From an uncultured Bacteroides sp. (GTDB lineage Bacteria; Bacillota; Clostridia; Lachnospirales; Lachnospiraceae), in NCBI GenBank assembly GCA_964553965.1, contig CAZKMB010000005.1:2474-66473 (forward strand): a stretch of DNA of 64,000 nucleotides. Reading direction: 5' to 3'. The notes under the pieces are model-generated. The model was given only the letters and a program-made list of their open reading frames with translations, did not search any database and had not been told where the DNA came from. Every line of letters begins with the position of its first letter. The first letter of the stretch is position 1. Made by a program: the position numbers and the translations under genes. Shown here piece after piece: positions 10,257 to 19,480 of this stretch.

Positions 10257-11898
10257 AAACCCTCATAAAGAGATAATTAGAGATATTGATTTTTCTGAGA
10301 CTGGTATTTCTTTTATTTATGGAGATATTCAAGAGCCAACAAATAAAAAAGCAACAATCAATAGTTTGGGTAAAACATTATTACTTAAATATATTGATTA
10401 TATATATGGTGCAAATGAAGATAAAAAAGTCGTAGGTGAGGTTCTTGCTGGATATATCCTTGATGCAGTAGTATTATTTGAAAATAAAAAGTATGATGTA
10501 AGAAGAATTCTTGGTGAGTCTCAGAAGATATTAATTGAAGGTAAAGTATATAATTTAACCGAGTATAAGCATTTTTTTAAGATAAAGAGAAGTTTATATA
10601 GTAAACAACTCATAGTAAATAAAAAAAGTACTGAAATAAGTTATAATACGCGCCCGGATAAGCTTGATGTAACAACATGTTTAAGATTGCTGAATTTATT
10701 AAAATTAGTGGATGATATTGAGAGTATATATGATTCTCAGGATAGGATAAAGGCACTTAAAGAACAAAAAAAGGAGGTAGTGTCTTTTTATGGTAACTGG
10801 GATGTAAATAAGATAGATGAAGAGATTTTTTATGTAGACAAAGAAGTAGAGCGACTAAGAGAAGAATTAGAAAAAATCAGCGTAAAGATAAAGAAAATAG
10901 AAGTATCTGATTTACAACAAAATGTTATAGAAGAGTATGCTGATAAAGGCAAAAAGTTAAAAGAGTTAAAACGAGAATACGAGAAAAGAAGAACTGAATG
11001 TGAACGCTTAGAAGAATTTATTCAAAATTCAAAAAAGAATGATTTGACAAGCGAACACTTGTTGCTTATTTATGAAAAGGCAAAACAAGAAGTTCCGGAA
11101 ATGGTAAAAAAGGAGTTGAAGGAGGTAGAAGCATTTCATAATAAGGTTTATAAAGAACGAGAAGCTTTTCTTGGAGAAAAAAGAAATCAATTATTAGAGG
11201 AAATGGATGGGATAGACATTGAACTTAAAGAATTAGCTGAAAGGGTTGATACAATAGGACGTATAATTTCAACAAATGAAGTTTATCAAGAATCGATAGA
11301 ACTTTATAGTAAGTATAATTCGGATTTGCAGGAATTGGTTTACAAGCAAGGCAAGTTATCTCAAATTAAAAATGTTGATAATGCTATAGACGAAGAAAAA
11401 AATAGCTTGGCTGATAGTTTTAACAATGCATCTCAAATAAGAAAAACTTATGAAGAATTGGTGCTGAAATATAGAAATTTTGTTTTTTCTTTAATTAAGT
11501 CTATATATGATAAAGAGGTCAACTCCTTTTTTGATATTAAGGTACGACAATTTCATTCAACAACAAGACCGGTGAGTTTTGAATTTTCAATCAAAGGTGA
11601 TACAGGAGAAGGTGTGAGTGAAGTAAAGAAGAACCTTATGGATTATCTGATATGTAGATACAATACAGCTGTTAATGTCATGTTACAGGATTCAGCATGT
11701 TATAATGGTATTGACCCTAGACAGGTTGCAGGAATGCTTATAGAATTAGGTAAAATTGCAGAGGAAACTAACAAACAAGTGATAGTAGCAGTGAACAAAT
11801 ATCAGGTTACAGGGTATGATGAAGTTATAAAATACATTATTGATAATCATGCTGTTATTCTGTCTGAAAATGACAAATTGATGAAATTTGATTTTTAG
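10231..11898 (+). CDS. lmuB: SMC/Rad50-like ABC ATPase (DUF2326-like, LmuB-like)
   Basis: Walker A-like 'INSLGKTLL', long central coiled coil, signature-like 'GDTGEG', Walker B-like 'VMLQDSACYNGIDPRQ'. Confidence 0.78.
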   Translation: MKILKLVIKNPHKEIIRDIDFSETGISFIYGDIQEPTNKKATINSLGKTLLLKYIDYIYGANEDKKVVGEVLAGYILDAVVLFENKKYDVRRILGESQKILIEGKVYNLTEYKHFFKIKRSLYSKQLIVNKKSTEISYNTRPDKLDVTTCLRLLNLLKLVDDIESIYDSQDRIKALKEQKKEVVSFYGNWDVNKIDEEIFYVDKEVERLREELEKISVKIKKIEVSDLQQNVIEEYADKGKKLKELKREYEKRRTECERLEEFIQNSKKNDLTSEHLLLIYEKAKQEVPEMVKKELKEVEAFHNKVYKEREAFLGEKRNQLLEEMDGIDIELKELAERVDTIGRIISTNEVYQESIELYSKYNSDLQELVYKQGKLSQIKNVDNAIDEEKNSLADSFNNASQIRKTYEELVLKYRNFVFSLIKSIYDKEVNSFFDIKVRQFHSTTRPVSFEFSIKGDTGEGVSEVKKNLMDYLICRYNTAVNVMLQDSACYNGIDPRQVAGMLIELGKIAEETNKQVIVAVNKYQVTGYDEVIKYIIDNHAVILSENDKLMKFDF

Positions 11899-12173
11899 CT
11901 GAGTTATTAGGAGCTGATAGATGGGGTATCAGATTGCTCTGATAGCAATTGAAAAAATACATAGTTATTATTATTTACAAGAAGGTACAGAAAAGCATGA
12001 AGAAGATATTAAGGAAGCCGCAAAGTATGACCATGAGGGACTATTGCTTTGGGGTTTTTTTTACTGATACCGATTTCGTTTGTAGCGTATGCAGGAGCTA
12101 ATACTATAACGAAGGAATATGGAGGGATTTATTTAACGTGATACATCAATTGTTCAAGTACATTATGTAAAAG

Positions 12174-12686
12174 TTGTTACATATAATAGGGAAGTCCATA
12201 TTTAACAAGAACCTTTCACGTTGCAGTAAGCAATATAGACGGAACACAGCTGCTTCCTGCGTATTAGCAGTGGCTTTTGTTGCTGCGATTGTAGTGTATA
12301 ACTCTGACTGGGCAAAAGAAAAGAATGAGGGGTCGCTTTGGTCGAGTTCATCCGTTTTTGAATTAAATAGGGGAAACCCGGAATCGTTTTGTTATTTTGC
12401 GGTTGGTGAGGGCGATTTTATAGAACTGGAAGTTGATATTAAAGAGCTTAACGGTTCAATTTTGGTTTTTGTATACACTTTCGATAAAAGCGAAGAAAGT
12501 GTTCATGATATTAATGACATTGAGCTAAAAGATCAGATTATCTGTGACGAGATAGAAAAGACAGGACTATATAAGTACTCTTTAGATTCAGAAAAAGTAT
12601 CAAACTATTGTATAAATATTGAATTATCCGATGACAGCCGGGATGCGGTTGTACAGGATATAGTGTATACATGGTGTAACAATTAG
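12174..12686 (+). CDS. Hypothetical protein with one hydrophobic segment; start uncertain, possibly a remnant
   Basis: 170-codon ORF with TTG start; hydrophobic stretch 'CVLAVAFVAAIVVY'. Confidence 0.4.
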   Translation: MLHIIGKSIFNKNLSRCSKQYRRNTAASCVLAVAFVAAIVVYNSDWAKEKNEGSLWSSSSVFELNRGNPESFCYFAVGEGDFIELEVDIKELNGSILVFVYTFDKSEESVHDINDIELKDQIICDEIEKTGLYKYSLDSEKVSNYCINIELSDDSRDAVVQDIVYTWCNN

Positions 12687-12760
12687 ACTAATCTTATGTA
12701 TAAACTTGGGATAAAAAAAGGAAAACAGACAGATGTAAACAGTATAAGAACTATAACGGA

Positions 12761-13024
12761 ATGATTATGGGCGTTTTAAAGAGACATAAAAAGATATCGT
12801 TATGGACAATTTTTGGTTTCATAATAGTCTTTATATTGTTTGATTATATAATTCAGGCAACTGTTAAAGATAACGTTTGGAAGCTTATAAACAATAGAGG
12901 ATTAAGCATAGACGGTATTGTTTCCATGGAGACTCTTTGTTCTTCGTATGAGAAAGAAGCTATGGATAATGCCGGTGAAAACTACCTCTTTCCTTTGATT
13001 TTACTGATATCAGCATGGAGATAG
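12761..13024 (+). pseudogene. Membrane-protein fragment, probably a truncated transporter-associated gene
   Basis: 87 codons, one TM segment, overlaps the broken ABC ATPase. Confidence 0.35.
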
Positions 13025-13464
13025 AAAACGGTGAGTTTGTTGCCGTTATGGGAAAATCAGGTTCGGGCAAGACCACTTTGCTCAATGTGTTAGGCTGTAT
13101 TGATAAGCTTACGGAAGGAGAATACTATTTGGATGACGTTGATATCAGCAGTCTGGGAATGTTCAGGCTTGATAAGGTGCGAAAAGAAAAGATAAGTTTT
13201 ATATTTCAAAATTATGAGCTGATGGATAATTATACGGTGTACGAGAATATAGAATTACTGCTTTTGGCACATAAGGTAAGCAGCAGGGAAAGACGAAAAA
13301 AAGTAAATGCCATTATGGAGCAGTTGGGTATCCGGGAGTTGGGGAAAAAATATCCGGGACAGATTTCGGGTGGTGAGCAACAAAGAACCGCCATTGCAAG
13401 AGTGCTTGTTGCGGACAGGATAATTGAGATTGCGGACGGCAGGATAACAGATTCGCAAAATTGA
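13015..13464 (+). pseudogene. LolD/MacB-type ABC ATPase with internal deletion
   Basis: Walker A 'GKSGSGKTT', Q-loop 'FIFQNYEL', signature 'ISGGEQQR' present, then a direct jump to terminal 'ADRIIEIADG'; Walker B, D-loop and H-loop absent; N-terminus also short. Confidence 0.8.
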
Positions 13465-13535
13465 TGTAAAAAGCTACCCAATATTATATTCATAATTACC
13501 ATTATGTGTGAATATCTATAAAATATCAGGAATGT

Positions 13536-13564
13536 TTGCCAAAATACTCATTCTGTGATATCAT
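13536..13564 (+). promoter_or_regulatory. Sigma-A promoter of the glmS transcript
   Basis: TTGCCA-N17-TATCAT with extended -10 TG. Confidence 0.6.
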
Positions 13565-13610
13565 ATACCTGTCTGTGGGGAGGACACAGATTTTGAAAGG
13601 TTAAGAAACC

Positions 13611-13825
13611 TTAGCGCCATGCACCTTTTACGGTAATGAAAGCGATTTTTGATATAATGTAAAAACGGCTTTACATATACAAAACGAACTTTCATTTATT
13701 GTACAGGTTAACGAGGAAAAGAGTTTATCGAAGATTCGGCGGATGCTCTTTCGCAAAGCTGATTGCGTTACGATCGGGTCAAATATGAGAGGAATCTCAA
13801 AACAAAACCCCGTCGGTCAGCTAAT
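13611..13825 (+). ncRNA. glmS ribozyme (glucosamine-6-phosphate-activated self-cleaving riboswitch) with extended P1
   Basis: AGCGCC at 13613; core 'GTTAACGAGG...TTTATCGAAGATTCGGCGGATG'; AAAGAG/CTCTTT stem; AGCTGA...TCAGCT P4; directly upstream of glmS. Confidence 0.9.
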
Positions 13826-13904
13826 ATAACGTTATATAGGGAGATGCATTTTTTGCACCCCCTTTTTCGTGTTGTATGATTTTATTGAAATGAGGTAAAA
13901 AAAT

Positions 13905-15719
13905 ATGTGCGGAATAATAGGATTTACAGGAAAAAGGCCGGCTAAAGATATTATTATAAACGGTCTTGAGAGACTTGAGTATAGAGGATATGACAGTGCC
14001 GGTATTGCATTGCTTGAGGACGGTAAGATTACGGTTAAGAAGAGAACCGGTAAGGTTGAGGAATTAAAGAAACTGTGTGCCGGCGATGAAAACACATCAA
14101 ATTGTGGTATCGGACATACAAGATGGGCGACCCACGGAGGAGTAACTGATGTAAATGCTCACCCTCACAGATGCGGTCAGGTTGCGCTCATACATAACGG
14201 AATTATCGAGAATTACCGTCAGCTTGTGGTTGAGTACGGTCTTGCAGGGAAAATTATATCCGAGACGGACTCAGAGGTTGTTGCAGCTCTTCTTGATACA
14301 TTTTATGAGGGAGATCCTGTTGCGGCTATCAAGAAAACTGTTAAGGCACTTTCCGGTGCATTTGCCCTTTGCATTATGTTTCAGGATATTCCGGGGAAGA
14401 TATTTGCCATAAGAAATGTCAGCCCTATGGTGGCAACTTCATGTCAGGACGGCTCTATTATAGCATCTGACCTGACAGCCCTTGTGGAATTTTCAAAGGA
14501 CTATTTTGTTGTGCCGGAGTATCATATACTCACCTTGTCAGAAGACGGAATAGATATAAGAACCCTTAAGGGTGAGAAAGCAGAACCTCAGATGCTGACT
14601 GTGAACTGGGATATAAAGAGTGCACAAAAAGGCGGATATCCGTTCTTTATGCTTAAAGAGATATATGAGCAGCCTGATTCCATCAGGAATACCGTGGCTC
14701 CGAGAGTGTCAGAAGGGCTTCCTGATTTTACAGCTGATGGTATAGAAGATTCTGTATTTGAAAAATGCAAGCGTGTTGTTGTGGTTGCCTGCGGTACGGC
14801 TATGCATGCAGGAATGGTCGGAAAACACGTAATTGAGGATTTGCTCAGAATACCGGTACAGGTGGAGATAGCATCGGAGTTCAGATATAAGAACCCTATA
14901 ATCGATTCGGATGCCCTGACAATTGTACTCTCCCAGTCAGGCGAGACCATAGATACACTTGAGGCATTGAAACTGGCTAAGTCAAGAGGGTCAAAGGTTA
15001 TATCCATAGTGAATGTCAAGGGTTCAACCATTGCCCGTGAAAGTGACTATGTGCTTTATACCCATGCAGGACCGGAGATAGCGGTAGCCAGTACAAAGGC
15101 TTATACAGTACAGGTGTCAGCTATGTATCTCATTGCATGCCGTATGGGACTTGTAAAGGGATTGATAGATGAAGCATATGCAAAGAAGTTTATGACAAAG
15201 CTTCTTAATGCCCCTAACATAATTGAGGAAACTTTGAAAAATGCAAACAATATAAAAAGGATTGCAAACCACATTAAGCTGTCGCAGGATGCTTTTTACA
15301 TCGGAAGAGGTCTCGATTATACTATGAGTCTTGAAGCTGCCCTGAAGTTAAAAGAGATTTCTTATATTCATGCAGAAGCCTATGCGGCCGGTGAATTAAA
15401 ACACGGAACCATAGCTCTTATCTCAGAAAATGTTCCGGTTATAGCACTTGCCACTCAGGAGGATGTATATGAAAAGGTTATATCCAATATAAGAGAAGTT
15501 AAGGCGAGAGGTGCATATGTTGTACTTGTCAGCATGGATGATAAGGTGGATGATCCTGCAATTTGTGACAAACACATTAGAATACCAAAGCTTGATAAAG
15601 AGTTTACGGCTTTTGCCACAGCAGTTATATTACAGCTTATAGCTTACTATACATCAGAGGCTAAGGGACTGGATGTTGATAAACCTCGTAATCTGGCAAA
15701 ATCAGTAACTGTAGAATAA
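13905..15719 (+). CDS. glmS: Glutamine--fructose-6-phosphate transaminase
   Basis: 'MCGIIG', 'LEYRGYDSAG', 'GHTRWATHG', 'SQSGET', 'KPRNLAKSVTVE'. Confidence 0.98.
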   Translation: MCGIIGFTGKRPAKDIIINGLERLEYRGYDSAGIALLEDGKITVKKRTGKVEELKKLCAGDENTSNCGIGHTRWATHGGVTDVNAHPHRCGQVALIHNGIIENYRQLVVEYGLAGKIISETDSEVVAALLDTFYEGDPVAAIKKTVKALSGAFALCIMFQDIPGKIFAIRNVSPMVATSCQDGSIIASDLTALVEFSKDYFVVPEYHILTLSEDGIDIRTLKGEKAEPQMLTVNWDIKSAQKGGYPFFMLKEIYEQPDSIRNTVAPRVSEGLPDFTADGIEDSVFEKCKRVVVVACGTAMHAGMVGKHVIEDLLRIPVQVEIASEFRYKNPIIDSDALTIVLSQSGETIDTLEALKLAKSRGSKVISIVNVKGSTIARESDYVLYTHAGPEIAVASTKAYTVQVSAMYLIACRMGLVKGLIDEAYAKKFMTKLLNAPNIIEETLKNANNIKRIANHIKLSQDAFYIGRGLDYTMSLEAALKLKEISYIHAEAYAAGELKHGTIALISENVPVIALATQEDVYEKVISNIREVKARGAYVVLVSMDDKVDDPAICDKHIRIPKLDKEFTAFATAVILQLIAYYTSEAKGLDVDKPRNLAKSVTVE

Positions 15720-15720
15720 C

Positions 15721-15771
15721 AAAAAACAGGATGAAGATTGTTGATATATCAATAATTTTCATCCTGTTTTT
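15721..15771. terminator. Bidirectional intrinsic terminator between glmS and a convergent lipoprotein gene
   Basis: AAAAACAGGATGAA...TTCATCCTGTTTTT hairpin with T tracts on both strands. Confidence 0.8.
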
Positions 15772-15790
15772 CAGTTGCGAAAATGGCCGA

Positions 15791-16486
15791 CTATTCTGCA
15801 TCTGTCTGTGTTGCCGTATCAACCGGAGTGACGGATGATATCATAGCTGCATCCAGCGCGAGAAAATCTTCGTCGCTGATATAATATTCATTGTTATCTT
15901 CTATAATAGTTACGGTTATGACAACGGGGTCACTGTAAGTCATATTGAGGCAGCCTAAATTTAAAATGCTTAACAGACCATCGGAAAATGTGGTTTCGTA
16001 CTGTTCAAGGGTATAATCGTTGTAAGTGCCGTTTGCAACTTCCTGATTAAAATGCTCAACATAGGTTACAACCTGATCTTTTGTCTGTGAAAAAAGATTT
16101 ATAGGGTAGATGGTTACATCTACGGTATAAACGCCGTTGCTTTTCTTTGCTTTATCGACCTTGTAATTTATTTTGCTGTAGATATTTTTTGCCAAATCTA
16201 TATAGCCCTGTTTTGCACCGGAAACATCGGATATGGTAATACCGTAATATGAAATAATATTGTCAGCAAGATGTTCCATGTTCCTTTCATACAGTGCATC
16301 GGCATCGGACTGATTTGCACCTGTGGCGGCTATATAATCTTCCTTGGCACCAAGATAGTTAATGGCAATAAGACTGTTAACATAGTCCTGATATCTGCTT
16401 TCCTCTTTTCCGGAGCATCCGACAAGAGAAAAAAGTATGGTAAAACTTAAAAATAAGGGTAAGAGGCATTTTGTCTTAAACTTCAT
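15791..16486 (-). CDS. Putative lipoprotein, function unknown
   Basis: Signal peptide ending in lipobox 'SLVGC'. Confidence 0.75.
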   Translation of the reverse strand: MKFKTKCLLPLFLSFTILFSLVGCSGKEESRYQDYVNSLIAINYLGAKEDYIAATGANQSDADALYERNMEHLADNIISYYGITISDVSGAKQGYIDLAKNIYSKINYKVDKAKKSNGVYTVDVTIYPINLFSQTKDQVVTYVEHFNQEVANGTYNDYTLEQYETTFSDGLLSILNLGCLNMTYSDPVVITVTIIEDNNEYYISDEDFLALDAAMISSVTPVDTATQTDAE

Positions 16487-16661
16487 AATAACAATCCTTT
16501 CAATAAATGAATACAGGAATTAATATAACACATATGAAAAATAAATGCGATACAAAATTTGTCGATTTAACGGAAAAAAATAAGTGCAATATGTCAAAGG
16601 GTGTGATATACTATTTATGTTTACAGTTAATGAGTAATTTTTGAAAGGGGTTATATATATA

Positions 16662-17477
16662 ATGGATATTCAGTTGAAAACAGCATCATTTGGCGGATAC
16701 GATAAAAAAGCAGTAGAGGCGTATATTGAGGAGCTTAATCAGGCACATGAAAAGGAAGTGGAAACTTTAAAGGCAAATGTGTTAAAGCTGAGTGAGACAG
16801 TTAAGAACCTTCACACTATGAGAGAAGTCAATCTTAATGAATCATCCAGTACTATAGACAACCTTAAAAGGGTCAATGACGAGCTCCAGGTAGAGGTTAC
16901 TCAGCTTAAACAGCAGTTAGAGACATATAGATATAAAGAAGAAGAATCTGCAAACAGATATGAGTCTATTTCAAGAACACTTCTTGAAGCAAGAGAAAAT
17001 GCGGATACATTACAGAGACAGACTGCAAAAGAGTGTGAGGAGTTAAAGACAAGGACAGAGGAAGAGTGCCAGCAGCTTACAGATGAGACAGTAGCTGCCT
17101 GCGACCGACTCACAGCGGAGACAAGCAGTGCCTGCCAGGAGCAGAGAGAGACTACTTATGCAGATTGTGAAGAGCTTAAGAGACAGACTAAAGCTGAAAC
17201 TGATGCGCTTATTGCAGATACAGAGTACAATTGTAAGACTCAGACAGAAGAGACAAAGCTTGCATGTGAGCAGCAGTTAGAAACTACAGAGTCGGAGTGC
17301 GAGGAAATGCGCAATCAGGCGAGGATAGAGTCATACAACATCCGTATGGCAGTAAAGCGTGAGTGTGAGAGCGTAAGCGACTTTTTATCTCAGCTTATGG
17401 TCTGCGTGGACAATGTCGTTAAGGCATGTGACGAGACAAAAACAGTGGCAGATCAGGCATTTCCTGAATTAAAATAG
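16662..17477 (+). CDS. DivIVA-like coiled-coil protein with 11-residue repeats
   Basis: N-term 'FGGYDKKAVEAYIEEL' resembles the DivIVA membrane-binding domain; long coiled coil; hendecad repeats at 17022-17384. Confidence 0.7.
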   Translation: MDIQLKTASFGGYDKKAVEAYIEELNQAHEKEVETLKANVLKLSETVKNLHTMREVNLNESSSTIDNLKRVNDELQVEVTQLKQQLETYRYKEEESANRYESISRTLLEARENADTLQRQTAKECEELKTRTEEECQQLTDETVAACDRLTAETSSACQEQRETTYADCEELKRQTKAETDALIADTEYNCKTQTEETKLACEQQLETTESECEEMRNQARIESYNIRMAVKRECESVSDFLSQLMVCVDNVVKACDETKTVADQAFPELK

Positions 17478-17501
17478 ATAATACATTTGTTTTGTACAAG
17501 C

Positions 17502-17615
17502 ATATGCAAGTATGAGTATATGTATCATAAACCTGTTACGTCTGGTTCTCTGTCGCTTTTGGAGGCGGGGAAACTGACAGTGAGTTTATGAATATGTATA
17601 CTCATATTTGTATAT
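17502..17615 (+). other. Long intergenic hairpin (candidate structured RNA element)
   Basis: 31-bp outer stem with four G·U pairs and one bulge, plus inner stems CTGTTA/TGACAG and CTCTGTC/GGCGGGG. Confidence 0.6.
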
Positions 17616-17652
17616 TTCAAAATATCTTACCATGAGAAAAGGGGGAAATACT

Positions 17653-19443
17653 ATGATACTTGAAAATAAATACCTTAGAAAAGCTATATTAAAGGCAGGC
17701 TATGTGGTTATAGTAAAAAGCTGCCATGCAAAAGAACGAAAAAGTAAACTTGAATATATTTCTCCAAATGCGTCTATGTTAGGAATGAATGTTGAACTGT
17801 TGAATAAGGGTATGAAGCTTACGGAGGATTATATATATCCGGAAGACAGACAAAAGGTTATACAGACTGTAATCACTGCCAATGATAACAACGTAAAGGA
17901 TTATGTCCATGAGTACCGTATGGTGGGGGATGACGGTAAACTCTACTACGTTTCAAACGAGATATCCGTGTCGGAGCTAAAAGACGATTATTTTACTATC
18001 GAGTTTTATATAAAGGATATAGGAGAGCAAAAGAAATACGCGGATGCACCGGCAAACGTGTCATCCCTTGAAAGTAAATTTTCCGGTAAGCTGGAAAATA
18101 TGGGTGATGAGTTGGAGGATATGTCTCTGAAAGACAAAATGGAAACTATCATGAAGGTATTTTCGGGATTGTCCGATTTGTATTCCGTCTATGTGAACTT
18201 GGATTGCAAAATCCAGTTTCCGCCTGTGGGACCTGCTACAAATATGGGAGATTTTTATGATTTGTTTGAAAAACCGTCATATAAGGAATACTTTAAATAT
18301 ATCAGGCAGGTTGTTGTAAACAATGATGCACCTACGCTCCTGGACAGAGAAGAAGGCGGTATAGGCAAGATATCTGCCGCACCGATAAAACTTGGAGAAC
18401 ATTTGCTGGGCATATGGATTTTAGGTTCTTATACAGAGTCAGAGACAGAAAAACTGAAGAAGATATATGAGAATCACTGGATAATCGCATCACTCCTTTC
18501 CGACTATGCATACAAGAATACCATGGTTGACAAGGAGATTGCAAAGTCCAGGGGTGCCGGGGCGAAACTCAGGGAAGAGCTTGCAAGACAAAACATAATA
18601 AATGATGCACTCAGCAAGATTAACAGTCGTCTGGTGGACAATGTTGATGCAGTGGTGGAGGAAACCATAAAAGATGCAGGTGTTCATATGAATATAGATA
18701 AGGTTTTTGTGTACACTATGGCAAGAGGAAACTCTGAGGAGTATAAGCTGAGAAGTTACTGGGATGCCTCCGGTGAGGAACCGAGCGAGGATTTATACAG
18801 AACCCTTCCGGCAAGAATGTATCTCATAGAGGAAAATATCAAAAACGGCCAGGGCTTTTATATGGTGGACAGCTCCGTTATGACTGAGGATGACAAGCTG
18901 AATGTCATGAGATTCAACTTTAAGTCCGTACTGGCATATCCGTTGTATCTCAACAATAAACTGTACGGAACAATTTTCTTCGCTGTTACCAGGATGCAGC
19001 GGTTGTGGACAAGTGATGAACTGCGGTTTACCAAGAGTATTGCCCTTGTGGTGCAAAATATGCTTGAAAATGCAGAGGGTGATGAAAATATCCGTTCTGT
19101 AAATAAACATCTTATCGCAACATATAATAATTTCCGAGTAGGAGTTTTTGTCAGGGATACCTATTCAGGGGAAGTACTTTTTTCAAATTCAAAAATGAAT
19201 GAGATGCTTGGATATGATTTTACAGGTGGAGACAGCCGGGTTATTCTCACCGATCTTCACGACAGATTTGACAATATAACAGGTATGAGAAAACCGTTTA
19301 TCACAAAAGAAAAGATTGTTAACTGGCGAAGCTACATTAAGAGTCTGGATGATATAATGGATATCACTGAGATTCAGATAGAATGGCTCAAGGGTGAGGC
19401 AGCGTCACTTATAATTTTAAGAAAAGCTAAGGATTTAAAATAA
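17653..19443 (+). CDS. Cytoplasmic multi-sensor protein (PAS, PocR-like, GAF, PAS-like) with no recognisable output domain
   Basis: 'IYPEDRQKV...HEYRM' (PAS_3-like), 'ISAAPIKLGEHLLGIWILG' (PocR-like), 'SVLAYPLYLNNKLYGTIFF...WTSDELRF' (GAF); no HisKA, GGDEF or EAL motifs. Confidence 0.7.
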   Translation: MILENKYLRKAILKAGYVVIVKSCHAKERKSKLEYISPNASMLGMNVELLNKGMKLTEDYIYPEDRQKVIQTVITANDNNVKDYVHEYRMVGDDGKLYYVSNEISVSELKDDYFTIEFYIKDIGEQKKYADAPANVSSLESKFSGKLENMGDELEDMSLKDKMETIMKVFSGLSDLYSVYVNLDCKIQFPPVGPATNMGDFYDLFEKPSYKEYFKYIRQVVVNNDAPTLLDREEGGIGKISAAPIKLGEHLLGIWILGSYTESETEKLKKIYENHWIIASLLSDYAYKNTMVDKEIAKSRGAGAKLREELARQNIINDALSKINSRLVDNVDAVVEETIKDAGVHMNIDKVFVYTMARGNSEEYKLRSYWDASGEEPSEDLYRTLPARMYLIEENIKNGQGFYMVDSSVMTEDDKLNVMRFNFKSVLAYPLYLNNKLYGTIFFAVTRMQRLWTSDELRFTKSIALVVQNMLENAEGDENIRSVNKHLIATYNNFRVGVFVRDTYSGEVLFSNSKMNEMLGYDFTGGDSRVILTDLHDRFDNITGMRKPFITKEKIVNWRSYIKSLDDIMDITEIQIEWLKGEAASLIILRKAKDLK

Positions 19444-19480
19444 AATGACGATATATTTATTAGCGGGAAAGGAGTAGAAC

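Noticed and set aside
8779-13535. Accessory region as a prophage/ICE/IS element
   Set aside because: No integrase, transposase, att-like repeats or terminal inverted repeats were found; only AT-richness and gene decay are visible.
16585-16596. 12-mer TGCAATATGTCA also present at about 57015-57026, both in divergent intergenic regions
   Set aside because: One shared AT-rich 12-mer among several kb of intergenic DNA is about what chance gives; it is not palindromic.
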